Shown: positions 38,449 through 49,673 of the stretch, in pieces
Layout of the letters: each line of letters opens with the position of its first letter
Position numbering within the stretch: position 1 is the stretch's first letter
Assembly (NCBI GenBank): GCA_032718475.1
Contig: JAUCBJ010007488.1
Location: forward strand, 71,131 to 135,130
Length of the DNA: 64,000 nt
From: Nemertoderma westbladi
Lineage: Eukaryota; Animalia; Xenacoelomorpha
Direction of reading: 5' to 3'
Notes under the pieces: generated by a model
What the model saw: only the letters and a program-made list of their open reading frames with translations
Database searches by the model: none
What the model was told of the DNA's origin: nothing
Program-made: the position numbers and the translations under genes

Positions 38449-41400
38449 TCACGTTAGGGAGTCCCTAGATGTTTGAGGAATTAGGGAGGTGGTTGTGGGA
38501 AGAGTGTCTTGCCTTCCATAGTTTCCGGAGAGTTCTCTGTCTCTTTCCAGTAAACATAAACGACCAACTGGGCGATTGAGTTGTTGAGTCTCGAAGATTA
38601 TGCCTGGCTTCTTGAAGTTACGCCGCATGACGACAAGTTCTACTGAGCGCACTAAACCATCGTCCGAGAGGTGAGTCTCGATGATACGACCTGTCTGCCA
38701 CCGTTTACGTGGGAGGTCTGGATCTACAATAAGCACCATATCTCCGGCGCTGACGTTTTCTTGCTGCGCAAACCACTTAGTTCGAAATTGTAGCGTGGGC
38801 AGATAATGTTTCTCGAAATGGTCAGCGAAACGACGGGATAGCAGCTGCATAAGTTGCCAAGTTCGACGGCAGTATTCGTCTCCATCGGCAATCTCCGATC
38901 GTGGGAGCATGGCTACAGGTTTCTTCAGTAGGAAGTGCGCGGGTGTTAGCGCTTCCAGGGAATCGGGACTCGATGAGACTGGCATAAGCGGTCTCTCGTT
39001 GAGATAGGCAGCGATTTCCTCCATTAATGTCCGCAAAAGTTTGTCGGTGAGATACGCGCGGCATGGCACTATAAAGTGAAATGCGGTTTTGACACTTCGA
39101 ATTAATCTCTCCCAACTTCCTCCCCACCAAGGGGCGTCGGCGGCGTTGAAGGTCCAGCTAGACGCTGTTATCCTTAGCTGGTCGTCCACCTGTCTTTGGT
39201 TCCAGTCCTTCACGTAAGCCTGTATTTCGTTGTTGGCACCAATGAAGTTCGTTCCCTTATCCGATCTCATGGTATTACTCGTCCCGAAGCGAGCGATCTG
39301 TCGTCGTAAACTTAAGACGAAGCTGTTGGTAGATAGATCGTTCACCATATCGAGATGGATGGCTCTACAAGTCATGCACACGAAGATGACACACCATCTC
39401 TTGACTATAGTCCTAGCACGATATACTTCAATAGGGCCAAATAAATCTACACCAGTATTAGTAAAAGGTGGTTCATAGAAGCTTACTCGTTCCCTAGGTA
39501 ATTCTGCCTCTCGCTGTGTTAAAGGCCTACTGAATGCTTTCCTACAGGGTATGCAGTTCCTAAGAACTTGGTTCAGAGCTCTACGGGGTTTATCAAAATA
39601 ATAGCGAGTTCGAATTTCGCTAAGAATTCGTTCTCTACCAGCATGATAAAGTTTACTGTGAACATCTACAATCATCTTGATTTGTACTTCAAGATTTCTA
39701 ATAAGTATGGGGAATTTGGTGTCAAAGGATAAGGGCGCATTGGTGAGTCTTCCTCCAACACGTATTAACCCATCTATCATTGTGCTTGAGAATCGATCCC
39801 TTAAGCGCATCTGCGGATTTCTCAACAACAGGAAATACTTTTCGGAATCCTCATAGCATTGCAGGAGTCTCAGTATCTGCTTATTGGTTTCTTCATGCTC
39901 CTGGTGACTAATTTTCTCCTTTAGAAAACGGTCAGATGTCTTATATTTGGGTAAATTTTTAATAACATGAACTTGTGCAGATGTCAATGGAGCGTTATCG
40001 CTAGTGGTCTTCGTCCTGGAGTAGTGATGATGAAAACATCGTCTTAAATATGTGACGGCTTTACAGAGCCGATTCCAGGAACTGTAATGATGCATTGCTC
40101 TCTGCAGCATGGGTGAGATTCCTTGCGAGACGTCTGGTATTCCAGATTTCCAATCTCTATCTCTAATTTCCACAACAGACTTATTTGTGCTGAGGGATTG
40201 GGGATCCGAAGCATCATTCCCGGAAGTATGTAATACAGATAGATCGATAGTCGGTTTAAATAACTTCGATTTACTCGCCCGGGTTTTAGGTTTGACTGTC
40301 TCCGCTCCCTTGGCTTGTCTAATCTCTGCCGTAGTAAGGTGAGGAGGCCATTCATCCTCTTCCTTGCTCAGGAAGTCGGGTCCACCCAACCAATCTGGAG
40401 TATCTATCAGTTCCTGTGGAGTTGCTCCCCTGGAGGCGATATCGGCTGGATTAATCGTACCAGGGCAATGTCTCCATTGATCTATCTTTGTGCGACTAAG
40501 AATAATAGCTACTCTGTTAGTAACAAAAACGCTGAACTGACAGACTTCATTGGTTAGATACTCCAACACGAGTAAAGCGTCGGTCCAATAAACCGTTTTC
40601 TCCAGTGGATAGTCGATTTGTTCCGTTACGTTCCGGCCGATGGCTGTAGCGTATAAAGCCGCCTTTAACTCCGCTCGAGGAACCTTTAACTTGTTGTTAA
40701 TCAATGCCTTAGAGGTAACCAAGGCGACTTTGATTCCATCCGGGGTTTCGACTCGCAGATATGCTACTATACCTATTCCCATGTCGCTGGCGTCTCCAAA
40801 CACATGGAGTTGATAAGAATACGTAGGAAGAACATGGCCAAAATATGCACGGGAAATTATAAAGTTCTCGATGGCAGGTAGAGAATCTTCCCATTTCATC
40901 CATTTCTTTAACAATTCTCCCTTAAGCGGATCGTCCCATGAGTGGTTTTCAAGCCACATTTGTTGTACTAAACTCCGAGCAATCAATATAACTGGGCTAA
41001 TAAATCCCAATGGGTCGAAATAAGTGCTCAGGATGCTTAAACAAATCCGTTTGGTCCGAACTGGATTATCTCGCTGTTTTAACTGAAAAAACAGGATGTC
41101 TCTTTCAGTGTCCCACTTCAAGCCTAGCGTCTTGGTTTCAGGAAGATCGTCCTTTATTAAGTCTAGGTCTTTCGTTCCTCGGTCTTCTACCGGTATGGCT
41201 TCCAGAAACTCACGGGAGTTGCTAGTGAATTTCGTCAGTCGAAATCCACCTCTTTTCAAACACTCTACCGTTCCTTTCGCGACAGATATGGCTTCTTCTA
41301 CTGATGGAAGGGACCTTAAATTGTCGTCCATGTATATATTTCGTTTTATGTTGTCTATCACTTCTTTTGAGAAGGAGTCTCGGTTGTCATTCGCAGTGGT

Positions 41401-43140
41401 TCGCACCACGGAGCAGGCGTTGGAAGGGCTTGATATGATTCCAAAAGCCTGGATGGTCATCCAATACTCTACCGGTTTCTGATTGAGGTCTCCTTCAGGC
41501 CACCACAGAAATCTCAGGCTGTCTCTATCTCTATCCAGCGCCTTGACTTGTAAGAACATTCCCTCTATATCTGAGGCGAACGCGATGGAATATTGTCTTA
41601 ATCTTAAAAGTATTCCCAACAAAGATTGGAGTAAGTTGGGTCCTGGTAACAACTCGGAATTGAGGGATTGGCCCATATATAGGGCGGAGCCATCGAATAC
41701 GACTCGTACTTCGTGGGGTTTACCGGGTTTGGGAACGTAATGATGTGTTAAGTAATACGTTCTCTCAGTCACTGGTGTTCCTTCCGGTACTTGCTCCACG
41801 TATCCCTTTGTTATAAATTTCCTCAGCTGTGTTTGGTACATTTCTTTCACGGAAGCATTAGCTGTAAGGCGTCGATGTAATTGAGCGATTCTTTTCTCTG
41901 CCAAGGGTCTGTTATTTATAAATCTAGGTTCTCGTTTTCGAAATGGTAGGCCGATTTCATATCTACCTTGGTCTTTTAGAAAACGTGTAGTTATTTCCTG
42001 GATTTGCTTGGCTCTTTCTTCTTCTATCGATAGAGCCTTATCATATAAATTGGGCTCTACCAGTTCCTGAGTAAAGAATCGTACGGCTAGCTCGTCCCGA
42101 GTTCTAGCGTTGTAGCGCTCTATCTCATCGTTTAGTTCGTCATTGTAAGCGATGGGTTCCGATGGGCGAATCAGTTGACATAGGTTCACCTGATTTTTCC
42201 AAGTTTGGTTTTCTGTAAGTAGGTCGATTGTGTTCTCTTCATCGAAGAGTTGGTAGATGTCGTCATTATCTGAGGAGTATGGTGTTCCCTCAGTTAGTTC
42301 GTCCACCTCACTGCTCTCCACTTCCCAATCATTTACTTGGTGTATTTGTTCTTGTGGCATTCTCTCTTCGAGAGTCCTGCGGGAAGGGCCAGTAAAGTAC
42401 CAACCTACTCTAGTTCTTACTGCATAGGTTTGCAGTGGCTGTGGTTGAGCAGGCCGTTTCTCCAATGTTTCGAGCGCCTCATGCGCGTTTTGGCCGATGA
42501 GTATTTGCACTCCAGGATAATCTGTCTGGAATCGAGGTATCTTAAGATGTTGGATGCTCTCATCCTCGTCCCAATTATAAAGGTCTGCTTGAGTAGTGGC
42601 GAAGTTCTTTATAGCCGCCATTTTTACCGACCTTATACCTTGTGCTCCTAACTTATCCTGGGGGGTGGACAACACACCTACATAGTAATCTGCCGTTAAG
42701 GTAAATTTCCAAACCTGCATAATTCCTGACATATTCAATTTAGTCCGGAATTTGGGTTGTCCAGCAAAGATATCTTCGGCTAATTCTTGATCGATGAATG
42801 TTCCTGTGCTGCCGGAGTCAAGGAGTGCGTTCACTATGTAACTTTTGTTAGGACCGTGAACTCTTACCTGCACTACAGGAAATTCTCTGATTCCTACGTT
42901 GGAAGTTGGAGCTTTCCAAGATGGTTGTTTGGCAAAAGTAGTTGGGGGAAACTCATTGTTGGTGTCCTTTTCATAAGTAAGTGCTCGATACACTGCGGTA
43001 TTGATTAGATAACAGGATTCGTTGGCGTCGGAGAATTCGTCAGTATAGAATCCTTCCATCTCAGATTCTTGATCAGTGTCGTTTACATCACTGAATTGGA
43101 CATGTAGTTCGGGCTCACTTACCTGACTCAGTTTGTCTCG
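38449..43140 (-). CDS. pol: BEL/Pao Pol: aspartic protease, reverse transcriptase, RNase H, integrase
   Basis: Protease ALLDSGS; RT DIEGMFLQV and NIYMDD; RNase H LHVFGDAS, PRAEL, WTDA, NPAD; integrase H..H..CIPC, GVDLFGP, SDKGTNF, WERLIRSVK; C-terminal YLPTLQFRTKW. The frame is open from 43140 and the first ATG is at 43059. Confidence 0.97.
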   Translation of the reverse strand, partial: RDKLSQVSEPELHVQFSDVNDTDQESEMEGFYTDEFSDANESCYLINTAVYRALTYEKDTNNEFPPTTFAKQPSWKAPTSNVGIREFPVVQVRVHGPNKSYIVNALLDSGSTGTFIDQELAEDIFAGQPKFRTKLNMSGIMQVWKFTLTADYYVGVLSTPQDKLGAQGIRSVKMAAIKNFATTQADLYNWDEDESIQHLKIPRFQTDYPGVQILIGQNAHEALETLEKRPAQPQPLQTYAVRTRVGWYFTGPSRRTLEERMPQEQIHQVNDWEVESSEVDELTEGTPYSSDNDDIYQLFDEENTIDLLTENQTWKNQVNLCQLIRPSEPIAYNDELNDEIERYNARTRDELAVRFFTQELVEPNLYDKALSIEEERAKQIQEITTRFLKDQGRYEIGLPFRKREPRFINNRPLAEKRIAQLHRRLTANASVKEMYQTQLRKFITKGYVEQVPEGTPVTERTYYLTHHYVPKPGKPHEVRVVFDGSALYMGQSLNSELLPGPNLLQSLLGILLRLRQYSIAFASDIEGMFLQVKALDRDRDSLRFLWWPEGDLNQKPVEYWMTIQAFGIISSPSNACSVVRTTANDNRDSFSKEVIDNIKRNIYMDDNLRSLPSVEEAISVAKGTVECLKRGGFRLTKFTSNSREFLEAIPVEDRGTKDLDLIKDDLPETKTLGLKWDTERDILFFQLKQRDNPVRTKRICLSILSTYFDPLGFISPVILIARSLVQQMWLENHSWDDPLKGELLKKWMKWEDSLPAIENFIISRAYFGHVLPTYSYQLHVFGDASDMGIGIVAYLRVETPDGIKVALVTSKALINNKLKVPRAELKAALYATAIGRNVTEQIDYPLEKTVYWTDALLVLEYLTNEVCQFSVFVTNRVAIILSRTKIDQWRHCPGTINPADIASRGATPQELIDTPDWLGGPDFLSKEEDEWPPHLTTAEIRQAKGAETVKPKTRASKSKLFKPTIDLSVLHTSGNDASDPQSLSTNKSVVEIRDRDWKSGIPDVSQGISPMLQRAMHHYSSWNRLCKAVTYLRRCFHHHYSRTKTTSDNAPLTSAQVHVIKNLPKYKTSDRFLKEKISHQEHEETNKQILRLLQCYEDSEKYFLLLRNPQMRLRDRFSSTMIDGLIRVGGRLTNAPLSFDTKFPILIRNLEVQIKMIVDVHSKLYHAGRERILSEIRTRYYFDKPRRALNQVLRNCIPCRKAFSRPLTQREAELPRERVSFYEPPFTNTGVDLFGPIEVYRARTIVKRWCVIFVCMTCRAIHLDMVNDLSTNSFVLSLRRQIARFGTSNTMRSDKGTNFIGANNEIQAYVKDWNQRQVDDQLRITASSWTFNAADAPWWGGSWERLIRSVKTAFHFIVPCRAYLTDKLLRTLMEEIAAYLNERPLMPVSSSPDSLEALTPAHFLLKKPVAMLPRSEIADGDEYCRRTWQLMQLLSRRFADHFEKHYLPTLQFRTKWFAQQENVSAGDMVLIVDPDLPRKRWQTGRIIETHLSDDGLVRSVELVVMRRNFKKPGIIFETQQLNRPVGRLCLLERDRELSGNYGRQDTLPTTTSLIPQTSRDSLT

Positions 43141-43359
43141 TTAGAACTCACTGTGTAACAAGATGTGATGTTTCGCGCCACACTTTGCACACTTTATGTC
43201 GGAGTAACAGGTTCGCCGTTGGTGTCCTGGTCTGAGACAATTATAGCATAACCGCTTGTCCCACACGACTGCACGTCTGTCTACAAGGGATTTCTTTAGA
43301 AATTCAGCACACGCACTCAAATGGTGGGTCCCGTCGCACAGCGCACAGTTAGGTTTTAT
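43141..43359 (-). pseudogene. gag: C-terminal Gag zinc knuckles of the host element, separated from the rest of gag by the nested insertion
   Basis: Manual translation gives IKPNCALCDGTHHLSACAEFLKKSLVDRRAVVWDKRLCYNCLRPGHQRRTCYSDIKCAKCGAKHHILLHSEF*. This is the three-knuckle BEL/Pao signature and it is in frame with pol. Confidence 0.92.
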
Positions 43360-43898
43360 TGTGACGGGATCCAGGAGGGATCCCGATTTATCCGATGTGG
43401 TATTTAGTCCACGCGTCCCCGCCGTGTATAAGAGTGAAATAAAGATAACTGAGTTCTGAAGTTCGGTGTATAATAATAGGTTACAGGATATAGATATATT
43501 GTGAATTATACGGTAGGCGGGATACGGTAACTAAAGTCCCGTGATCCCCTAACTAAACTAATTGGCTTTACCCTACGCTAGCACTGCTGCACTGAGATAA
43601 CTGAATCACTGATTAATAGGTTATTGGTTATATTGCACGGTGGCCTTACTGCTACTCAATCGATGCTATTCCCCCCCTCTGATTGGTTAATACCCTTGTT
43701 GGCGCCCCGTGGAGTATTCCCGTTCACTCCACCTGTTCTCTCTGGGTTAGGGGTTTGGCCCCTGACCCTCTATTGTGTGCTTCCTTCCCACTCTTATTGG
43801 GATGGCACGAGTTGGTTAATTGCCCAATCTCGTGGCTCCCAATATTGCTTATCGGCTTACAACTTTATGGGGTGTTGGCGGGATTGAATAAGCTAACA
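43360..43898 (-). repeat. 3' LTR of the nested element
   Basis: Direct repeat of 49674-50212. I noticed one substitution (CGCTAGCAC vs CGCTAACAC). Confidence 0.95.
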
Positions 43899-45768
43899 CT
43901 CCCCCCCATGCTATCTTCCCGGTAAGAAGATAGCATCAACCAAAAAGTGCGCTACAATCCCGCTGGATCCCGATCTAGTATCGGGTGTGGGGTGGAATTC
44001 TTTTCTCTTGGAGCCGGCTTTCCAGGCCGCCCCCTATGGGTATGATAACGCTACCCTGTGTGCCTGGCGTCTCATGTCGGGCCGATCGCGCTCGTCTCTC
44101 ACACGATTTTTGTTTCCCCAACACTTTCGCCCTTGACTCTCCTTTCACTCTACTCTCGGACTTCTCTGTTCCTTACTCAGCCTCTTACTCCTTCCCCCCC
44201 ACGCTTGAATTGCGCTCACACTATCTCCACACTATCTCCATACCACCTCTCGCTATCTCTCTTGCCACTCCCTAAGGCTTTAATCTCTAATGCTACCCCT
44301 GTGCTATCATACTGTCTACCTACTGCTTACTAACTCTAACTATCTAACTAACTCTGCTAACTACTAACTCTTACTACTTCTAGCTCTAACTGAGAGCCTC
44401 TAACTTTCTACTGACTCTAACTCTCTACTAAGTCTAACTAACTCCTACTAACTTTCTACTTCTACCAACTCTACTTGACTCCTCTGAGTCTACCAACTCT
44501 GCTTAACTAGCTCTACTAACTCTACTCCACTAGCTCTGCTAACTCTACTCCACTAGCTCTGCTAACTCTACTCCACTCTTCTAACTACGTGGCGCTTGCG
44601 GTGCCCACAACCACTCTACTATCTGGCACCCTATGTGCCCTTCTACTACTCAACTACCTCTCTAGCTCTACTACCTGGCACCCTATGTGCCCCCTCTGCT
44701 CTACTCTACTACCTGGCACCCTGTGTGCCCTCTCTACTACACTACTACCTCTCTAACTTACTACCTGGCACCCTATGTGCCCGTCTCTACTCTTCTACTC
44801 TCTGGCACCCTATGTGCCCGTCTCTACTCCTCTACATCCCCTTTACGTCTTATCGCCTACACGTGACGCTCTGAGTGCCGGCAGAGTGGGTACGTTAATT
44901 ATGTGAACTACTACTGACTCTACTAACTCTACTAACTCTCTTCTAACTCTACTAACTCTTTTTTGTGCCCGCCACCTCTTGTGCCCGGCACCTTCTAACT
45001 CTACTAACTGGCACCCTATGTGCCCTCTCTACTACTCTACACTATCTCTAACTCTCTAACTCTACTACCTGGCACCCTATGTGCCTTCTCTACTACTCAA
45101 CTCTATCTCTAATTCTCTAACTCTACTGCCTGGCACCCTATGTGCCCGTCTACTACTCTACTCTTTTTGTGCCCGGCACCTCTTGTGCCCGGCACCCACC
45201 CTAATTAACATACCTCGCTCTTACATCAAACACATCATCACGCCCGTGCCCCACTAAGTTCAGCGCATTCCCTACTAACTCTAACTACGTGGCGCTTACG
45301 GTGCCCACAACCCTCTACTGCTACTACTAACACCCCTAACTAGCGGTACTACGTACCCTCTTACTACTCTAGCTCTCTCTACTAGCTAGCGGTACAACGT
45401 ACCCTCTTACTACTCTAGCTCTCTCTACTAGCTAGCGGTACAACGTACCCTCTTACTACTCCTACTCTCTAGCCGGTACTTACGTACCCTCTAACTCTTA
45501 CTCTCTAACCGGTACTTACGTACCCCCTAACTCTAACTAACTAGCGGTACTTACGTACCTACTAACTCTTACTAACTCTCTAACGGTACTACGTACCCCT
45601 TAACTCCTACTCTCTAACGGTAGAGAGACTCTCTAACTCTTACTCTAACACTAACTATCAGTGCTAACTGACTAACTAACTAACTCTGACCCTAGGTACT
45701 ATGTACCTCCTAAATAACTCCTAACTACCTAACTTCTACCTACTTTATTATTTAATTATTTTATTTAA

Positions 45769-48285
45769 TTAAATAATTATTTTATATTTCGTGCGTGGGA
45801 AGGGCGTCTCGCCCTCATTCCCACCCCCCTCAGTCCAAAACTTTGGACGACTAAAAACTCTCACGTGCCCCTTCTTCCGGTAGGCACTCTCCTGCTGCCC
45901 TCCTATACGTCCTCTAACTCTTCGCCACACTCTCTTTGGTGCTACCTTTGCTGGCCTCCCCCTTCGTATGTGCGCTGGCATTAGAGCCCTCGACGACCCC
46001 CGCTCGTCCCTCGGTATACGCGGTGTCTGCCCATGTAATGCCCCCCCGCACTGTGTCAGCCCTGCGTGTGTATGCAACACGCCTCCTTCTACTTTCCCGA
46101 CTCCTTTGCTCATGGACTTCTCTAACCCTGGTTTAGTCCTTTCACATCCTTTCCCTTTCCAACACTCTCCGGATCTGTGTCCTTTTACCACACATCGATG
46201 ACATAGTCCGTTTGCGTCTGTGTAGGCTACACGATCTCGTTTGGGCAACGCTTGCCAGTACTTGCAACTCCTGGTCTTATGGGTTCCGTCCCGATGTAAT
46301 TGACATTGGAATCCTGGGTTATAGCGTTTCCTGTATAGTCCTTCATGTATCGCGCTTAGGTTTATATGTACCGATTTAATGTTTTGGTTGTCTAGACTCG
46401 GCCTACTGGGTATATTGGGATTGTTTTTATTTACGGTATTATTTTCCTTCTGTCCCTGCCACGGTGTGGCCCTACTACCAGCTAACTGTGGACTGGTAGT
46501 CCCCTGTATGGCCGCGTGTGGTGGTGACTGTCCGCACGACCTGCTCTCGTCCAGGGAGTTCGATATTCTTGCTCCTATCGGGATATATTGTCGATATTGT
46601 GATGGGGGAATGTCACCCTGTCCCCCCCCAGCCGGTATGTTTGGTACTGGGGTTGATGTTAATACATTGGGGCCCATACGTCTATCTCCAATAACTCCCC
46701 CCTCCCCTGGATATATGTTATGTCCCTGTGTATTATAGTCATGCTGCTGTACCGATATAGGCCTACCTACCTCTCGCCTACCTACCGGTATGTACTCCGC
46801 GACTTCCGGGTTTAATCCCGTCGTTCGCGCTACCCCATCGCCTACTCTATCTCTCCCAGCATGGCCTATAATAGTATGTGCAGTAAGGCCTACAGTATGT
46901 CCTGCAGTCTGCATGTGCCCTTCCGAACCGAAGTTTATTCTTCGCGAATCTCTAATCTCCCCGCGATTACTGCACTCTCGATCGGCAGCTATATCCCGTC
47001 GGGAAGCTTCTCTCCGATCCCCTCTCCTGTTCTCGACTCTGTATTGGTACGTCTTGTACCCCTCTCTTGGCGTGCGGTGCGTTTCTCCGGGGCGACGGCA
47101 ATCTCCCGAAGTTCGACCCCACTGGCTCCCTGACTCCATCTCTACTATCGACGGTTCGTTATCCGTCTTCGCACTCCTATCATTCGTGGCGACACCTTTT
47201 CTACTATCTCCTCTTCGTCTCTTTTCAGTGCAGTATTCCGGCTCGTGAGATCTCTCGTCGACCTCCCGGTTAAACTCCACTGTTCTTCTTCTCTCTTCTG
47301 GTCGGGCTCGACGCTTCGCCTGCCCTCTCGCGACGTCAACCTGCCTCTCTCTGCTCGATCGCACGCCGCTGGGGATACTCGCAATCCCCCTATTACTCTC
47401 CGTCGCCGGGTGTTGCGGTTTACCTGATTCGGCCCGCGCATTATCCGCTGACGTCTGCGGGACACTCTCTGCCCCCCCTCTCTCTCTACTAACTTCTCGC
47501 GGTGGGGTGCCCGTAGCCCCCCCCCACCCGCCACTTCTAACTTCACTACCTCTTACTACACTTCTACACCCCTCTTGTGGGGCATTCTCTGCCCCCCCTC
47601 TCTCGCCACTAATCTTATGTGGTGGGGCGCCGGTAGCCCCCCCCCACTCGCCACATCTAACTTCAATATCTCTTACTTCGTCTCTATACCCCTCTCTAGT
47701 CGACGCGCTGTCTCTACTACGGCTGGGTCTGTTCACCCCCGCCTCTCTCTCTACTACTGCGTGGCCCACCAGGCCTACTTCGGGTTGGCTCAACCCCGCT
47801 ACCTCCTGTCTACTAACTGCGTGGCCTACCAGGCCGCCGCCGGGTTGGCTCAACCCTGCCACCTCCTGCCTACTAACTACGTGGCCTACCAGGCCACCGT
47901 CTGCTGAGTTATGTACGTCCGACACGCTCACATTAATAGCACCATTCCCAATATTATTTGTTAAATCAATTAAATTATTAGAATTTGAAACAGGATTATT
48001 ATTTAAATTATTTAAATTACTTAGATCACTACTATTCTCTAGACTTAAATTATTATCCGAATTATTTTGCGGGTTTGAATTGAAATTATTATTTAGAATA
48101 TTTGTATTTAAATTTAAATTACTACTACCCGGTAAAATATTATTTCCTGTAATAAAGGGATTAGGGTTATTTACTACGGTACTATTAATATTAACTACTT
48201 CTGACGTACTACTACTACCCCCCCCCGCCCGTACGGCTACACCAGTTCTGGTTCTCTCGCCCGGTGTCTGTAAGTGGGGGCTCAC
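45769..48285 (-). CDS. Nested element ORF2: low-complexity Gag-like protein with BEL/Pao-like knuckles
   Basis: 838 codons with Asn-rich and Arg/Glu/Gly-rich disordered regions, then CQLHRDGTHKTRSC...LCHRCVVKGHRSGEC. Confidence 0.7.
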   Translation of the reverse strand: MSPHLQTPGERTRTGVAVRAGGGSSSTSEVVNINSTVVNNPNPFITGNNILPGSSNLNLNTNILNNNFNSNPQNNSDNNLSLENSSDLSNLNNLNNNPVSNSNNLIDLTNNIGNGAINVSVSDVHNSADGGLVGHVVSRQEVAGLSQPGGGLVGHAVSRQEVAGLSQPEVGLVGHAVVEREAGVNRPSRSRDSASTREGYRDEVRDIEVRCGEWGGATGAPPHKISGERGGAENAPQEGCRSVVRGSEVRSGGWGGATGTPPREVSRERGGAESVPQTSADNARAESGKPQHPATESNRGIASIPSGVRSSRERQVDVARGQAKRRARPEERRRTVEFNREVDERSHEPEYCTEKRRRGDSRKGVATNDRSAKTDNEPSIVEMESGSQWGRTSGDCRRPGETHRTPREGYKTYQYRVENRRGDRREASRRDIAADRECSNRGEIRDSRRINFGSEGHMQTAGHTVGLTAHTIIGHAGRDRVGDGVARTTGLNPEVAEYIPVGRREVGRPISVQQHDYNTQGHNIYPGEGGVIGDRRMGPNVLTSTPVPNIPAGGGQGDIPPSQYRQYIPIGARISNSLDESRSCGQSPPHAAIQGTTSPQLAGSRATPWQGQKENNTVNKNNPNIPSRPSLDNQNIKSVHINLSAIHEGLYRKRYNPGFQCQLHRDGTHKTRSCKYWQALPKRDRVAYTDANGLCHRCVVKGHRSGECWKGKGCERTKPGLEKSMSKGVGKVEGGVLHTHAGLTQCGGALHGQTPRIPRDERGSSRALMPAHIRRGRPAKVAPKRVWRRVRGRIGGQQESAYRKKGHVRVFSRPKFWTEGGGNEGETPFPRTKYKIII

Positions 48286-49558
48286 TCTCTGATATCTCCA
48301 ACCGCGCCAGTTCTAGTCGGCGCTGGCCTAGTTTGGCTTGATATTGCGCAAGCCTCCCTAGCCGGGCACGCAAATCATCCCGCTCACGCTTACCCTCTAT
48401 CTTTCTCTTTCGCATATTCTGCTCGCCCGACTCAACTCTCGCAATTATCTCAGGCCACGTCGCCGGCTCGTCTCCTACTCTCATCTTCCGCTCTATACAC
48501 TCCTCGACTCTCTTACACTCCTCGACTCTCTTTCTATACTCTCTTAACTCTAACTCTCTTAACACCTTTAAGACGGCGGTTTTATCCCTCAGTTGCCGCT
48601 CTAAGCTTTTCTGCTTTGCCGCCGCCCTTTCTAAATCATACGCCAGATTTATCTCCCGCACCCTTCTTTCTTTTGCGGAGGATGTAGCAGACTTATCGGT
48701 TGCGACGGACTCCCGCCCCCCCTCTGTCCTACTAACTCTCCCCCGCCTCCCGGAACTTCCTCCGACCGACGAGACCGAATCCTCGGAGTTAACCTCGGAT
48801 TCGCCCTCCTGCGGTCTCTTCCAACCCACTAATTTTACTCCCCGGGCATCGACTAAGTATGGCCCTATGTACACTACACTAGGCTGCATACCCCTACATT
48901 CCCATAGTTCAACCAGTTCGTTGACAACTCCTCTCGCCCTCAACTCTGCTAGTTCTCTCTGTCCAGAACACACTAGGTGATCAAAGTATCTGTTCGACTC
49001 ACCTAGTCGCTTTCTCAGTCTCACCTCGTCTATCTTCGCCCCCTCCTTGGCCTCCTTTAGTAGTTCCCGGGTCGCGTTGTAGGCCCGTCGAAGTCGATCA
49101 GAAACCCCGACGTCCTCGTCGCCGACCTCTCCCCTGTCTCTTCGGGTCCGACGTCGTACCGGCGGCTCCACCGTCGCCGTTCCGGTGGGCCGTCCGTCGC
49201 CCTCGGCCTGTAGCTGGCCGGCGACATCGGTACCAATCTCTCCTCCGTCTCTTCGCGTCCGGCGTCGCACCGTCGGCCCCACCGGTTCGGTGGGCCGCTC
49301 GTCACCCTCGGCCGGTAGCTGGCCGGCGACATCGGCACGCCGTCCTCCGTCCCGTGTCGACTCATCTCCTTCTCCCTCCGTCTCGCTCTCTTTCTCTCTT
49401 GGCTCGACTTCGGGTTCCAGGCCCTCCTCGTTCTGTGCTTCCGGTTCGCCCGTTATCGATGGCTCCGGCGTCGTGGGCCTGTATCGTTTGGTCGCGGCCT
49501 CGCGGATCGTTAGGTCTTCGTCCGGGGTCCGTGGTGGTGTCTCGCCCGACTCACTCAT
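48215..49558 (-). CDS. Nested element ORF1: charged, coiled-coil-like N-terminal part of a Gag-like protein
   Basis: The ATG is 116 nt from the 5' LTR. The 447-aa product is E/R-rich and ends just after a G9 run that overlaps ORF2. Confidence 0.65.
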   Translation of the reverse strand: MSESGETPPRTPDEDLTIREAATKRYRPTTPEPSITGEPEAQNEEGLEPEVEPREKESETEGEGDESTRDGGRRADVAGQLPAEGDERPTEPVGPTVRRRTRRDGGEIGTDVAGQLQAEGDGRPTGTATVEPPVRRRTRRDRGEVGDEDVGVSDRLRRAYNATRELLKEAKEGAKIDEVRLRKRLGESNRYFDHLVCSGQRELAELRARGVVNELVELWECRGMQPSVVYIGPYLVDARGVKLVGWKRPQEGESEVNSEDSVSSVGGSSGRRGRVSRTEGGRESVATDKSATSSAKERRVREINLAYDLERAAAKQKSLERQLRDKTAVLKVLRELELREYRKRVEECKRVEECIERKMRVGDEPATWPEIIARVESGEQNMRKRKIEGKRERDDLRARLGRLAQYQAKLGQRRLELARLEISESEPPLTDTGRENQNWCSRTGGGG

Positions 49559-49673
49559 CTCGTCTGGTGGCTGATGGTTCGGCTAGCTAGGTTGCAGTTC
49601 TTAGAGTTTAACTAGGGCGGCAGCTCGGTTTAGTTACTGAGTTTAGCTGGGGAAGCAACACCGTTTTAGTTAC

